Positions 51,601-63,594 of a DNA stretch of 64,000 nt are shown here, one piece after another. How positions within the stretch are numbered: the first letter of the stretch is position 1; each line of letters opens with the position of its first letter. The notes under the pieces are model-generated. The model was given only the letters and a program-made list of their open reading frames with translations. It searched no databases and had not been told where the DNA came from. Both the position numbers and the translations under genes were made by a program. Source of the DNA: Marsupella aquatica (lineage: Eukaryota > Plantae > Marchantiophyta). The stretch spans positions 18,134,563-18,198,562 of the forward strand of contig OZ316894.1 in assembly GCA_973895155.1 (NCBI GenBank), read 5' to 3'.

Positions 51601-54276
51601 TGCATTGCGTCCAAAGAGGACTCATCCTACCCCAATGAGGGCAGAGGGGCATATTATAAACCGAGCAAATGACTCTAGGAAACTGAAACAAAGGGTAAGA
51701 TTTAGCACCCGTCATGAGAATTACACTGTGTGAACTATTGCAAATCATAGGATGGATGTGGTCAGGAGAGTTGACCTGAAGTTAGATTCCGAATTCACCA
51801 AGACAAAATCGACATAGAGAATTAGGTCTGTCTCCTGATTGTCTTGTCCATCATTGTAGACTCCCTGCCACGGCTCAGTGAGGTAGCGCTTAGGTAGGAC
51901 CGAGAATGTGATGTTCGGGTTGCAAACTCTATATGTCTCGGCAATATGTTTAGTTAATTTAGCCACCAACTGCATCAGCCAACAACAAACCGACAATTAG
52001 TCTCTCAAATCTATTAACAAGCTTATTCTTTCCACATAGAGAAGGAACTAGGATCCACAATAGCCTACGCCAACTGAGTACAGAGCCACGGATCTGATCG
52101 AGTAGAGAAAAGCAAGCCCCTCTCCGCTCCTACGACCTTCCAACAAAACATGCTTGGATATGTAAACGATCAATGCGGCTTCATCTTCACACGCTCCCGT
52201 GAAAGACTCTCAGGACTATTGGCTTCTTTACTAATCAAAGCCCCAAGAATAAAGTCATGCGGATTGCTTTCAAGCCAACGAAGTCTTCTACTTGACTTTT
52301 CTTCTTATAGCGAAATGACACTGATATTAGAGAACCATCCTAAGGAAAAAAGTTGGGGAAATAAATTAAGAGACTTCAGGAGGTACTTCTTAGAAGCTGA
52401 ACAAAGTTTTCCTCACAGCAAAGAAATATCAAATCCAAGGGAACTCCTGGAAGGGGAAATGAACACAAGCACAGCTAAGCGCACAGACACCTTCATACCA
52501 AGTAGCTAATCAAGGACCCATATTGATAAATGACGTAGGATAACTATAGAGACACTTCCCTTGGCCGGACAGCCACCCATAACCGGCATAAGGTGGCATC
52601 CAAGAAAGCAGCCGCTGATTGTACCTCTGGTTAAGAATCTAAATGATCAGAGGGAAACCTCAACTAAGCCCAGAAGCCCATCTCTGCTAACTCCTCTCGT
52701 AACAGTAAAGAGAAGGAGAGGGTGAGCGGCGGCCACACCTTCGGCATAAATTTGAGATATACTGTCAGGCGGTCATTTCACTGAGCTAGACGGTCATTTC
52801 ACTGAGCTCTCCCCGTCCCTCTCACCGCTTCTTCAACATCCTGGTCTGATGATTCTAACGAAATTCATCCACGCGACGATGAAAGGGAGGATGTGACTGG
52901 TTGGTTAAGTTCATTTTAGACATCCTGGTTTGATGATTCTAACGAAATGCATCCAAGCGACTATGAAAGGGAAGATGTGACTGGTTGGATTGATTTCCTT
53001 TTAGACCCCGTATTCTCTACGGGCGCACGGAAACGATGGTACATCACAGTGACCTTACGGCCAGAAGTGAAAAGAAAAGAAACAAATAAAGCTACTAAAG
53101 CTAACCAGCTACTGCAAGGACAGCTTAATTGATGAGCCATATTCGCTTCTCCGTTCAATACATCGTCTAAGTCAACTTCCGCACAAATCAAGCCCATGTA
53201 AGAGACGACTTTGTGGAATAGGAAGATGTGGAAAGAAAAAGTTCAGTGGTTCACCGGAGAGAAGGAGGGAGAGACACACACAAACAGGCAAAAAGATTCC
53301 CAAATTGACCTAAGCTAGCTTTCGAATTTATTTTGGCTTACCCTGTACCATTTTGTACCGTTCTAGCACGTGCGCATTTGGAACATCACTCACAAGCACT
53401 TCAATTCTTTAATTTCTCTGTGCTTTGCTTCTCCCAGGAATCGCAAAGGTTTAAATATTAGCTACATTTGTAATTTAATGTACTGAAAGATCATGTAGAA
53501 CAGCGTTAACTCAGTCCTGCACTTTTCGAGACGAAAACCCGACATGCATTTGCTGGACAAAAAAGCAATCCTCCCACTTAATTCAATTCCTCAGCAAAAG
53601 AGGAGAATGGAGAACGAAACCAGCGACTTTCTTCATTTCTCCTATTTGTCCTGAATGCATGTGGCGACGATCATATGGCCAGTTTTCATATCTGCCGCTG
53701 TAACATTGGAAGGGGCACCCATTCTCCGGCAGCGCATGGACCGAATCTAAGCTGGAATCGAAGAAATGTATCACAATACCCAACTAAGCATCTTTGCGAG
53801 GTGCCCCCTTCGTGCACTCAATTCCAAAAACCCCGGCCACACCAATCCTTGCTAGATCGGCTACTCTGAGGCCAACTAACTTGATAAAGAGATGCAATTT
53901 ACAACAAAGAGCAATTGGAGTGAACCAACCAAAGACGACTCTCGGGTCTTAAGCTTGAACTGGACGTACTGACACAATTTGAGGAGAAGAATATTGAGAA
54001 CGATAAGCTGCCCTTCAAAAACCGAAAGAGTAATATACAATGAAGCTGCGATGAGGGGGAACGACGGAGGCGGATACGTACAGGACGCCTCGCGACCTGA
54101 TGCACTTCGGGTGTGCGCTGCACGTAGGGACGAAAGGCGCGAGCTACGGGGATCCATTCGGAAGGGAGGAAAAAGACTGATTGCTGGTCTTGCTCTTCGC
54201 CGGTCAGTTCCGGATTCTCATCCTCGTCGCTGCAAGAATCACCATCCGGGGGCCTCCCTCCCTCAATGCTCCCCAT
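45610..54276 (-). CDS. YAK1: YAK1-type dual-specificity (DYRK family) kinase. Exons 54276-54082, 51969-51776, 51406-51247, 51053-50953, 50600-50531, 50235-50153, 49903-49825, 49447-49284, 49031-48884, 48750-48639, 48414-48332, 48171-48097, 47944-47870, 47662-46839, 46520-46332, 46099-45610
   Basis: LVAKLTKHIAETY..KRYLTEP..NDGQDN..DLILYV, LGKGSFGQV, VAVKVIKNQPAY, HCDLKPENILL, IDFG, VYTYIQSRFYRSPEV (DYRK YxY activation loop), IDMWSL, and plant YAK1 tail motifs GHWVSGGLSP, GSFGSYGD and PDPKDWDPSYSDE. Confidence 0.93.
52836..53006. repeat. 84-bp tandem duplication in YAK1 intron 1
   Basis: acatcctggt.tgatgattctaacgaaat.catcc..gatgtgactggttgg..ttttagac at 52836 and 52920. Confidence 0.9.
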
Positions 54277-55566
54277 CTCTCAGCTCTGCCAGGCCAGGAA
54301 ATCCCACCCCTACCTGACCCCTCCTTGCCCCTCCTTATCGACCTTTCTCCTCACATGCGCAAGAGTGAGCAAGCTACGTAGCCAAGAGCCACGCAGCAAG
54401 TACAATTAAGACCTAATCACTCTCAAGGCAAATCCCTCGTATCTTGTGCCTTCTTCTCGCCCTCTGCTCCTCCGCCTCATCTCTTCCTCAGTTCCACACT
54501 ACTTTGCGATCTCAGTCGTTCTCCTTCGTCTTCCTCCCCCTCTTTCCCCCACCTACAACAACACCCAGTAGCCTGCTCACACAGTAATCGCAGCTCCAGC
54601 CAGCTAGAGCCACCTCGCATGTACAATTAACATAGCCAAGATCCTGTGTAGTACCGCACAAGAGAACCAGAGGCGAAAGAAGCACTGTCGATAGAGCAAA
54701 GGGAGGAAAAAAGATCAATTGAGACCGAGACACACTGACGGACGGAGGTACAGGAGGCGAACCACAGAACTCGAAAGGGCGTGCGATTGCGTGATCATGA
54801 CTGAATGTCTGAGAGAGAATCACTGCTAGAATAGAAGAGGAACAAGGCAAGGATAATCAGTGCTTGAATAGAAGCCGAACGACGCAAGGATTTCCAGTTG
54901 TTGGAGGTTCGCTGGCGTGGGGACTGACGATTCCCTTGCTTGTAAGGAAGAGGAAACGGAGTAGAGTACACTGCCTGCAAGGGCAACTGGATGAGCATGT
55001 AAGTGCTGATCGATGGTGTAAGTTCCATGCGGAGTGACTTCTTCTGTCCGTCTGCTCTCTGCTCAGATTGATTGATTGTAAGCACTACCGTAATGACCAA
55101 ATGCACCGCAGTACAGTGGCAGCACCAGAACCAACCAGCGAGCAGCAAGCCGAGAGCGTACAGGAGGCAGCACCAGAGAATGATGCTTTGTTCTAGACAC
55201 ACACCAAAAAGCGAAGCTGCAAAGAGATGCAAAAACAACTGATGAATCTCCCCCTCTCGCGTTGGGCGGACCTTTCCGTCTTTCCCTCGCAAGGCTTCTT
55301 CGGCAACCGCGAGGTTGAGGGAGGACCCCCTCCGCTGTCCACCAGTGCCCCGACAAACTCCGGTTCCATTCCCTGCCCCGTAGCCACACTCGTCCTCAAC
55401 CCCCCCCCCCCCCCCCCTTCCACCGCGACTCCGCGAGGCCTCGATACAAACGCCAAAGGCCACGCCATGTAAGGGCCCATGCACGGGACTGGGAGGAGGC
55501 AGCAGAGTAAGTTGGCCGGAAGGAAACGCCAAGCCCGGCCCTGATGAGGACGCAACGTCAGCCACA

Positions 55567-55743
55567 GGCCAGGCCAGGACTCCTGGAGAACTTGAAGCAG
55601 CAACGAAGGCATACCAGGGAGGGCCAGGCCAGGACTCCTGGAGAACTTGAAGCATCAACGAAGGCATACCAGGGAAGGCCAGGACAGGACTCCTGGAGAA
55701 CTTGAAGCAGCAACGAAGGCATACCAGGGAGGGCCAGGCCAGG
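55567..55743. repeat. 55-bp GC-rich tandem repeat, ~3.2 copies, upstream of YAK1
   Basis: ggccaggccaggactcctggagaacttgaagcagcaacgaaggcataccagggag at 55567, 55622 and 55677, with a partial copy at 55732. Confidence 0.95.
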
Positions 55744-57255
55744 GCCAGTCAGAGTCGAGGTTGCGGGCGCAAGGGCCAATCTCCGGAGGACACTGGTCTA
55801 CCCGGACTGCACTTTTTACTTCATTATTATTATTCATGCAGTACAGGGAGGACGCCATGTTTCTAGACAACGCCGGCAATGGCGGTCAGGCGCATTTCGC
55901 ATGGGGGCCCTACCCCGCAAAGCCGTCACACATTTCCTACAGCTCCCGGCGGGGGGCCTTGCCGATGTCGGAAAACAGCTAAATCCCCTCCTCACTACAC
56001 GCAGTGCCAGTTCCTATATTTTCCATGGAACCCTGCCCAAAAACAGGTCACGGCACTCCGGCACGGTTGGTCAGGGCCGCGAGGTACAGGACGACGCAAG
56101 GCAAGGTACAGGTATAGGTACAGTACATGGGGTTGCGGCTGCAGAATAGCAAAGCAAGGGAAGGGAAGGGAAGGGAAGGGAAGGCCAGAAGAGCGCATGC
56201 AGAAGGGCATGCAGAAGAACAAGGAAGCGATGCAAGGGCGAGAGAGGAAAATACAAATTGGATGGATTATAGATGAACGGGGGGCTCTGTGACCACAAGC
56301 AAGCGAGGCGGAAGGCGGAAGGCGGAAGCAAGAGGAGCACGTCTACCAAAAATACAAAAGGGTCATTCCGTCATTGGATTCGGGGGCGAGTCACTGAGTG
56401 GTAAGGAACCGATTTGCCGACATAATAAATGTCGTGATTAACATGATCAGGTTTGACAGCCCAGGAAGATTCCAGCTCCCTTGTCGTTCCAAGCGCTCCC
56501 TCTCGTGATTAACGGCCGTGACGACATTCGCAGGAGGCTGTGGATTTAATAATCACTCCAGATTTGTCCTACATCATGACTGACGATGCATATCAATAAT
56601 TCGAATCTTGCTTCTTGCTTCGGAGCTACATTACGCACGGCACTACTCCGTATTTGTTGAATTGTGACAAACAAACCACTGATTCTCCTTTGGGAATGGA
56701 ACAAATTAAGATAGTTGAATTGACAGTACGGGATTAGTGTACAATGAGAGACAAAACTGTAGACGAGTTTCTTGAGTGCGTTCTTCATCGAGATGTGCAT
56801 GAGAAGCAACGTATGAAGTTCTGAAGGTCTGATGTAATCGTTCGTGTTGTAGTTATGACCTCTTCCATATTGTAATACTGGGTTTTACTTTGTTAACGTA
56901 TAGAAAACACAGCTGCACATACATTAGAGGTAGACGTAACCTTTAGTTATGAATGAAAGGAGCTCCACTCCTAAGAGCTACAAGTAACTCTTACCTCTTA
57001 TTTTCACTATGAATGGAGGGATAGGCAGGACTGTCGGGATGAGGTCCACCTTATAAAAATAAGCTCCACTTCTGCAGTCGGGTACATTATTCACCACTGG
57101 CAGGTATGAACACTAGCCAGGCAGGAAGGGGGCTTTTGTATGGGCAGGTGTGGTTTAAGTGCAGCTGGTGCTATTTTATGGGATATTTTGCCAACCATAT
57201 ATGGTCTACTCTCTTCTGCAGGGAAACCAAATATGGATGACACAATTTACTCGTA

Positions 57256-57407
57256 AAGCAACCAAGTGGTGCCCTTAGCCTAATGTCAAGGTTAAGTTTA
57301 TGAATGAAGCACTCACTTATTGAATGAGAACAAGCAACTAAGAGGTGCCCTTAGCTTAATGTCTAGGTTAAGTTTATGAATGAAGCACATACTTATTGAA
57401 TCAGAAC
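57256..57407. repeat. ~76-bp tandem duplication
   Basis: aagcaac.aag.ggtgcccttagc.taatgtc.aggttaagtttatgaatgaagcac occurs twice. Confidence 0.9.
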
Positions 57408-58058
57408 ATACGACGTCTGTGGCAAGTTCTTGAAGTTGGAAGATGCTCCCATTGCGCAAAACAATGCAGACCATATGTAAGTAGTAAAAAACACAGGAGT
57501 TGGGCAGGTGGAAAGAGGAGTCAAAAGTTAGTGAATGAAGAAATCTTTGAAAGAAGCTAGCAAAGAGTTGGGAAGTGTCATCCCATTTATTGCATATTTT
57601 ACTATTGAAATTAACCTCGAGTATGGGAAACCTACACTATTTATTTCATTCTCTTGAGTATGTGTAATATTTGCAACACATAACACCCCACATTGGTATT
57701 GACTCCAGGGCATAGGATAGGTCTAGAAGGGTTTGTGGTGAGGAGTTCTTGTGTTGGAGGGTCATCATGGTATGATTTGGGGATCCTGGAAGCAACCTTT
57801 TTAAAGCTAAGTCACGCCCTAGATTCTTCACTCTAGACAATAGTCTCTAAGAGTAACATGCAATCCTCATTATATAGTTGGATACTCAGATATATGCCAT
57901 GACGTTTGATGAAAGTGCAGTCACAATGCTTGTTTGCACTAGTTCCTCAAGAGTTTAGGATTTGTTTTCCTTGACACCTCCTCTTGGTTAGTGACTCATG
58001 GACATTGGTTTTGTCTACTGTGTACCAAGCTGCAAGGTTGGACAGATGTTTTTGGATA

Positions 58059-58134
58059 AGACCAGGAGGCCAGGTGCAATGCATCTAACCCATACTCATT
58101 GTAGGTAGATGCATTGCACCTGGCCTCTTGGTCT
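58059..58134. repeat. Near-perfect 29-bp inverted repeat with an 18-nt loop
   Basis: 58059-58087 agaccaggaggccaggtgcaatgcatcta pairs with 58106-58134 tagatgcattgcacctggcctcttggtct; the single non-Watson-Crick pair is G-U on the + strand. Confidence 0.9.
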
Positions 58135-58685
58135 GCCCCTCCCCCCCCCACCCAAAAAAAATTTGAGCTTCAGGGAACTGAAGTGGTTGCTAATTTTAAC
58201 AGGTGATTGGCTAATTTAATAGCACCCGATTGGCTAGATAGCCCCCAAGTTTGATAATTTTAGCACATGATGGACTAGTTTTAATAGCGCTTATGAGCCT
58301 GCTTATCTACAGTAGGTTTCCCCCAATTGAATTTCATACATATCGTCCATTGCTCAAGCTCACCAATTTCATGCAGCTACTATTGCTGAAGTTGATTCAG
58401 CCAGTGAACTCTTGTTCTTCAACGCCTTCCTGTCCAGGGCAACCAACTCTATTGCTTTTTTGTTACCAAATTGGACTATCAGTAACCATCTCAGGTGCAG
58501 CGATCTTGTTTGCAGGGCTATCCTACCCAGTCGATAGTGAGACGGTTCGAAATTGAAACACACGTTTCAAACACATGATCTTTGCCATGCTCAATTCCAA
58601 TGTTGTAGAGTGGAATCTGGACTCAAAACAGGAAAGTTTTGAGTTTACATTTGCCTCCTTCCCACATGGAACGAGGCCTCTTCAG

Positions 58686-58808
58686 GACCGCCCGATCTTG
58701 ATCTGGATAAAGCCAGGTTGATGCCTTTCCAGGACTGCCCGATCTCGATCTAGATAAAGCCAGGTTGATGTCTCCCCAGGACCGTCCGATCTGGATAAAC
58801 CCAGGCTG
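58686..58808. repeat. ~45-48-bp diverged tandem repeat x3 upstream of RPL4
   Basis: gac.g.ccgatc..gatct.gataaa.ccagg.tga recurs three times. Confidence 0.8.
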
Positions 58809-59275
58809 ACGCACGATCAGGATCCCTCCAACCTATGTTTTGTTTTGGTGTGCATTTATTTACCAGAAAAGGCACGGGTTTACCCTCTACTTACCCCTCC
58901 ACCAGCAGCGCGGACTTAGTACCCCTTCCTCGATCATTTCCAAAAGTTGTGAGGTCTAGTATGATCGGGCAGCAGAGCAGAACCGAGGTGGGCGACCCAT
59001 CCGCAGCTGGTCGACTCAAACTACTGTGGGCCGCAGTTCATGGTTCCTCTGAATGCAATCAGCGGGCATAGCTCGCTGCTCTTCGGACGCCGAATTGTGC
59101 ACGGCCGCTCCACCAGAATCGAAAGTCAGCCAAGAATCCCGAGGATCGTTAATGATCGCCTTCAGTCTACAAGACAGCGAGCACAGCTTGCCCCATTGAT
59201 TTTCAAGACCCCTGGTGCAGATACTACAGTGGCTCTTGATCGTCCGAGAGCCATAGTGGAGTTTGGAGAGGAAGT

Positions 59276-60187
59276 ATGGCGTTGTGCGTGGTAACAGCAA
59301 CGATGGCATCCGGACTTGCCGCATTGCAGAACGTGCAGACGAGTGGAAGGAGCTTTAGCGGATTGCGGTTGGTGCGTCCATCCTTTCGTAGAAGCGCCTT
59401 AGAAAATGTGTCTTGCGTCAAACACAAAAACAGCAGCGAAAGGAATGGGGGCGGTGTAGCGAGGGCACGAGTGACTGCTGTGCCGGTGGTCACATTCGAC
59501 GGAACCAGTGCTGGCAGCGCGGAGATTAGCCTCAAAACAGCGCGCCCTGAGACTGCCGGAGCGGTGGTGCATCGAGGAGTGATCGCGGAGCTGCAGAACA
59601 GGAGGAGAGGGACTGCGTCGACTTTGACGCGATCCGAAGTGCGCGGAGGAGGGAGGAAGCCGTTTAAGCAGAAAGGGACGGGGCAGGCCAGACGGGGCTC
59701 GCAGAGAACGCCTCTGCGGCCAGGAGGAGGAGTGGTGTTCGGGCCGAAGCCGGTGGATTGGAGAATTAAGATTAACAAGAAGGAGAAGCAGCTTTCGATC
59801 AGTACTGCCATGCAGAGCGCCGCTGTCGACGCTTTGGTGGTGGAAGATCTGCAAGAGAAAATCACTACTCCCAAGACGAGTACCTTCATAGCTGCTCTCA
59901 AGCGGTGGGGTGTTGATCCCGCCAAGCACTCTCTTCTTTTTGCGACGGAGGTCTCCAAGGAGCTTGAGCTATCTGCCAGGAACATTAAAACCCTGAAGAT
60001 TTTGACTCCTAGGTCTCTCAATCTGTACGACATTTTGAGAGCTGACAGGGTTTTGTTTACGAGGAGCGGTTTGCAGTATCTGAACGACACATACGGAGCT
60101 GCGAGTGGGGAGTTTTTGGCAGCAGAGGGTGACGGTGAGACTATTGACGTCGAGTCCAGTCAGTCTGCTACGGAGGAAGCTCAGTAG
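59276..60187 (+). CDS. RPL4: Plastid 50S ribosomal protein L4 (uL4c) precursor; intronless; alternative in-frame ATG at 59303
   Basis: Transit peptide, then AVVHRG..QNRRRGTASTLTRSEVRGGGRKPFKQKGTGQARRGSQRTPLRPGGGVVFGPKP, LSARNI..LTPRSLNLYDIL and an acidic C-terminal extension. Confidence 0.96.
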   Translation: MALCVVTATMASGLAALQNVQTSGRSFSGLRLVRPSFRRSALENVSCVKHKNSSERNGGGVARARVTAVPVVTFDGTSAGSAEISLKTARPETAGAVVHRGVIAELQNRRRGTASTLTRSEVRGGGRKPFKQKGTGQARRGSQRTPLRPGGGVVFGPKPVDWRIKINKKEKQLSISTAMQSAAVDALVVEDLQEKITTPKTSTFIAALKRWGVDPAKHSLLFATEVSKELELSARNIKTLKILTPRSLNLYDILRADRVLFTRSGLQYLNDTYGAASGEFLAAEGDGETIDVESSQSATEEAQ

Positions 60188-61939
60188 ATATAATTTAGAA
60201 ATTTGAGGTCTGCTAGCCCTGCCGCTTCGTTGATTAATTCAGCTGCGTCTTCAATTGCTTTGTACTTTTCTCCGAAGGTGAATGAGTACAGAATTTAGAA
60301 CCCGTGCTCCGCTCCTCTGTCCATGGGATTTTTAAATAAGAAATTCAGTGCTTGCTTCCTAGAAGCGGTGCGGCACAGAATTTTTTAAGCCCGACGGTTT
60401 TGTGGGGATTGTTCTTTGTCACGAGAGGGTAAGGTCTCAAACTAAACGCCAACTGATGTCCGTCATTTCCATGAGCTGTAAGGGAATTATGCTGCATTAC
60501 GAAGAATGGGAGTGCTACTTTGAGTTTGTGAGAGACCGAGTTGTTTCAGCTCATGCTTCTCTCTGAAGGTTGCAGCAACGAAACGGGCGCTAACTTCATG
60601 AAACAGGATATTCAGGGCTGATTTGTGATATTTTACTGCTTTACAAAACCCTTGGAATTTCTCTTCGCTCGGTCTGTCTGAATGCTTTGTATGACAGAAT
60701 CATTAAGGCCAGTGTTCACTAGACAGAAGCCAGGCTGCCCAGTGTGTTAGGAAGTCTGCCAGTAAAATGAATGGGTGAAAATGTCAGTGTCTTTGATGTC
60801 AAAAGCAATGCTTTCGATGTCAAAATATATGATATTCAGGTAGTGTTTTTGAAGGGCTCCTCAGGGATTGGTTGAATTATGCTCAGCCCTACCATCATGT
60901 TTGCATTCTCTGGCTTAGAATCTATTTTACCGGCTCCTCAGTGGTTGGTTTCAGTCTGTTCAGCCCGAACATCATGCTTACATTCCCTGGCTTATAATCA
61001 CCCTAAGGCGAATATAAGTGTGCGTGGCATGAGGCAAAATGTAATGCTTTAACGAGCTCTTACTTTGATGAGTTGAGTACATAAGCAAATTTGTGCATGG
61101 AAGCTAGTATCATGTGGTGGGAAGAGGTCCTTGGGAGCAAGTGGCCCTAGTTATTACTTCAAAATGCACGACACATATTTTGTAAATTGCGAGAATCCTT
61201 GACACTAGTTGATGTATAAAAGTTCTGAGTCCAGGAAGATCCCAAACCAAATTCTTCACCAGGGTTTTGAAGGATGGTAATTGTTATTTGGAAACATGGA
61301 AATCTGTGGCACCTAAGAATCTCCTCGGTTGCCTTTTGGCGTGCTGGTTCCCCCCATCCATGGGGTTCACATGCAATAAACTTCAAATTTATTATAAATT
61401 TTATTTTTTTAATCTCCTGGGTTGACAGTGAATGTTTTTGCAGGTGGCTTGATAAATAATTAAGCAGGCTATGGCGATGGTTGCAAAATTGCTTCAGATT
61501 GCCTGCACTATGCATGATTAGCCTCTTTAGTGACTTTTGTTCTCAGGTATCACACTGTGAATAGTTCACTTTCTCATGTTGTATGGGGGCCGTAAAAGGA
61601 ATTCAAAGATGCTTTTAGCCCCAGGACACTATGTTTAGTGCATGAAATGGACCTCCAATTTGGTTTGGTGAAACAACCTCACAAGTGCCCCCAATGTCTT
61701 GTAAAGTCATCCTTAGAGTCATGTGATATGACACGAAAGTTTTGAAGTGGATAGGCCTATGTAACCCACACGTAACTACTCTTCAGAGGTGAATCAAGCT
61801 AAGTCTTCAGAGGTGAATCAAGCTAAGTAGTAAACCGGATGCATAATCCAAGCTTGGGTTTGTTGCTCCCCTACACTCCACCATCCACAAGGGGAATTAT
61901 CAAGAGGATCCTGCTGATGGATCTCCTACCTTGGAAGGA

Positions 61940-62190
61940 GAGAAGACTAAACCAGGGTAACAAAGTGGCAAACCAGGGACTGAAGGTAATCAGTGCATCC
62001 CCACTACACCACCCACATATATACCCTAAAACTCTCAACCCAAGACTATTGTCTTTGCAGTGTGCAATATTGTAGGGTAGTCCCAGTGGGGAATTACCAA
62101 GTTGGGATCTGACCAATGGACCTCGTACCTTGAAGGGGGAGAACTCTAGACCAGTGGCCAACCAGGGGCTGGAGATAATCACTTGACCTC

Positions 62191-62221
<31 letters not shown>

Positions 62222-62590
62222 ACCTACCTAACCCTAAATTACTATCTTAGGATTGTGCAATTCTGTAGAGTGGACCACAAGGGGAATTACACAGGGTCTC
62301 AAAGCAACCAGCCAGGGATGGTGGACATAATCAATACTGCGCCCAAAAAGCCCTCAACCACATATGGGAGATAATAGTACTCCCTCACCACACCACCCAC
62401 ACCACTAAACCATAAACCAGGGTAGCAAAGTGACCAACCAGGTACATGACATAACAGTACTCCGCCCACTGACTAATGTCTTTAGAGTGTTCAATACTGT
62501 AGGATAGTCTATAAGGGGAGAGAATATTAAACCAGGGTCACAAAGGAACCAACCCAGGGATGGTTTGGATAATCAATACTTTCCCCATTG
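61940..62590. repeat. Diverged tandem repeat, ~5 copies of (aaaccagggt..caaagt/g..caaccaggg..ataatca.tac)
   Basis: Motif recurs near 61949, 62150, 62290, 62414 and 62529. Confidence 0.6.
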
Positions 62591-63594
62591 CAACCCCAGC
62601 GCCCCAAACATCTATATAACTACCCGCCAATGAGAAGCTAGAGTTGGAGTTCAGGCTTCCAGAGTGAAACCTCTAGACCATGATTCTAGGGCCCCACCAA
62701 AATTTACCTAAATGTAAAGAAGGATGAGATGTTACATATGTCAAAATAATAATTCATGATGATTTTTGTCATCATTTTTTTAAATATTCAAAGAACTGGT
62801 ATTGCTCCTACTCTTGTTTGTTAATATTCAAAGAATGAGCATTCAGGCTAGTATTCTCTTTTATTTATATTCAAAGAGAATGGGTATTAAGAATGAGCAT
62901 TCAGGCTTGTATTCCCTTTTATTTATACAGCTTACATTGTCACTAAAGGTGTTTGAATTTCCAATATTGTCATCATTTTTTGTATTTACAAAAATATCAC
63001 GAGTTCCATATATAGTTCCCCTGGTTACGTTGGTAAACTTGTCATCCATATACGAAACCATGACATTTTTATAAATACAAAAAACCAGTGGCAGTATTTG
63101 AATTAAAATATCTTTAGTGGCAAAGTATTTAAAAGCTGTTTATTTATATTCAAAGAGAATGGGTATTCAGGCTCATTTTCTCTGTTGCTAGTATTTGGGC
63201 ATCAGGCTCGTACTCTCTTTGATTAATATTCAAAGAATAGTCACTTGACCTAGTACTATTTGTAGAAACAAAAGCTTGGATGGACCCAACAATTTACTAC
63301 ATAAAGCAATTGTTGCCTTACACCAAAAAGAAAAAGGAACCGGGCATGGATTGCAGTTAACTATTTGACTACTTTGGGGATAAAGTAATCAAGACATCAT
63401 CATGATGATACTGAGTAATGACTTGACATTTTTTGTCAAGTCGTTAAATTACTGAGAAAACCCATTCAATAATGTAATTGAAAACCACCAGCAAACGGTA
63501 AGGAGACTGTTGACAGGTCGCATTTCAATCAAAAGTGTAAACAATGTTATCTGACTCAATTTAAATATTTTCAACAAATTCATCCAAGTTTTGC

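Noticed and set aside
52846-52900. Hammerhead-like CTGATGA...GAAA followed by a ttcatc/gatgaa hairpin
   Set aside because: There is no stem II closing pair, no UH cleavage site after stem III and no stem I adjacent to the core. The duplicate copy has TTGATGA.
55540-55565. CTGATGAG-gac-gcaac-gtc resembling a hammerhead core with stem II
   Set aside because: It is not followed by GAAA.
54795-55667. 290-aa ORF upstream of YAK1
   Set aside because: It begins inside the 55-bp array, crosses a G run and has no recognisable domain; most likely a by-product of GC-rich sequence.
59224-60090. 288-aa antisense ORF (and similar antisense ORFs over CBF5 at 24955-25758 and over FYVE4)
   Set aside because: These are shadow frames of well-supported genes on the opposite strand.
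14051-60187. Intronless PSB27, CBF5 and RPL4 as recent horizontal or organellar transfers or retrocopies
   Set aside because: They have normal transit peptides or nuclear tails, no poly-A or TSD scars, and intron-poor structure is usual for these plant genes.
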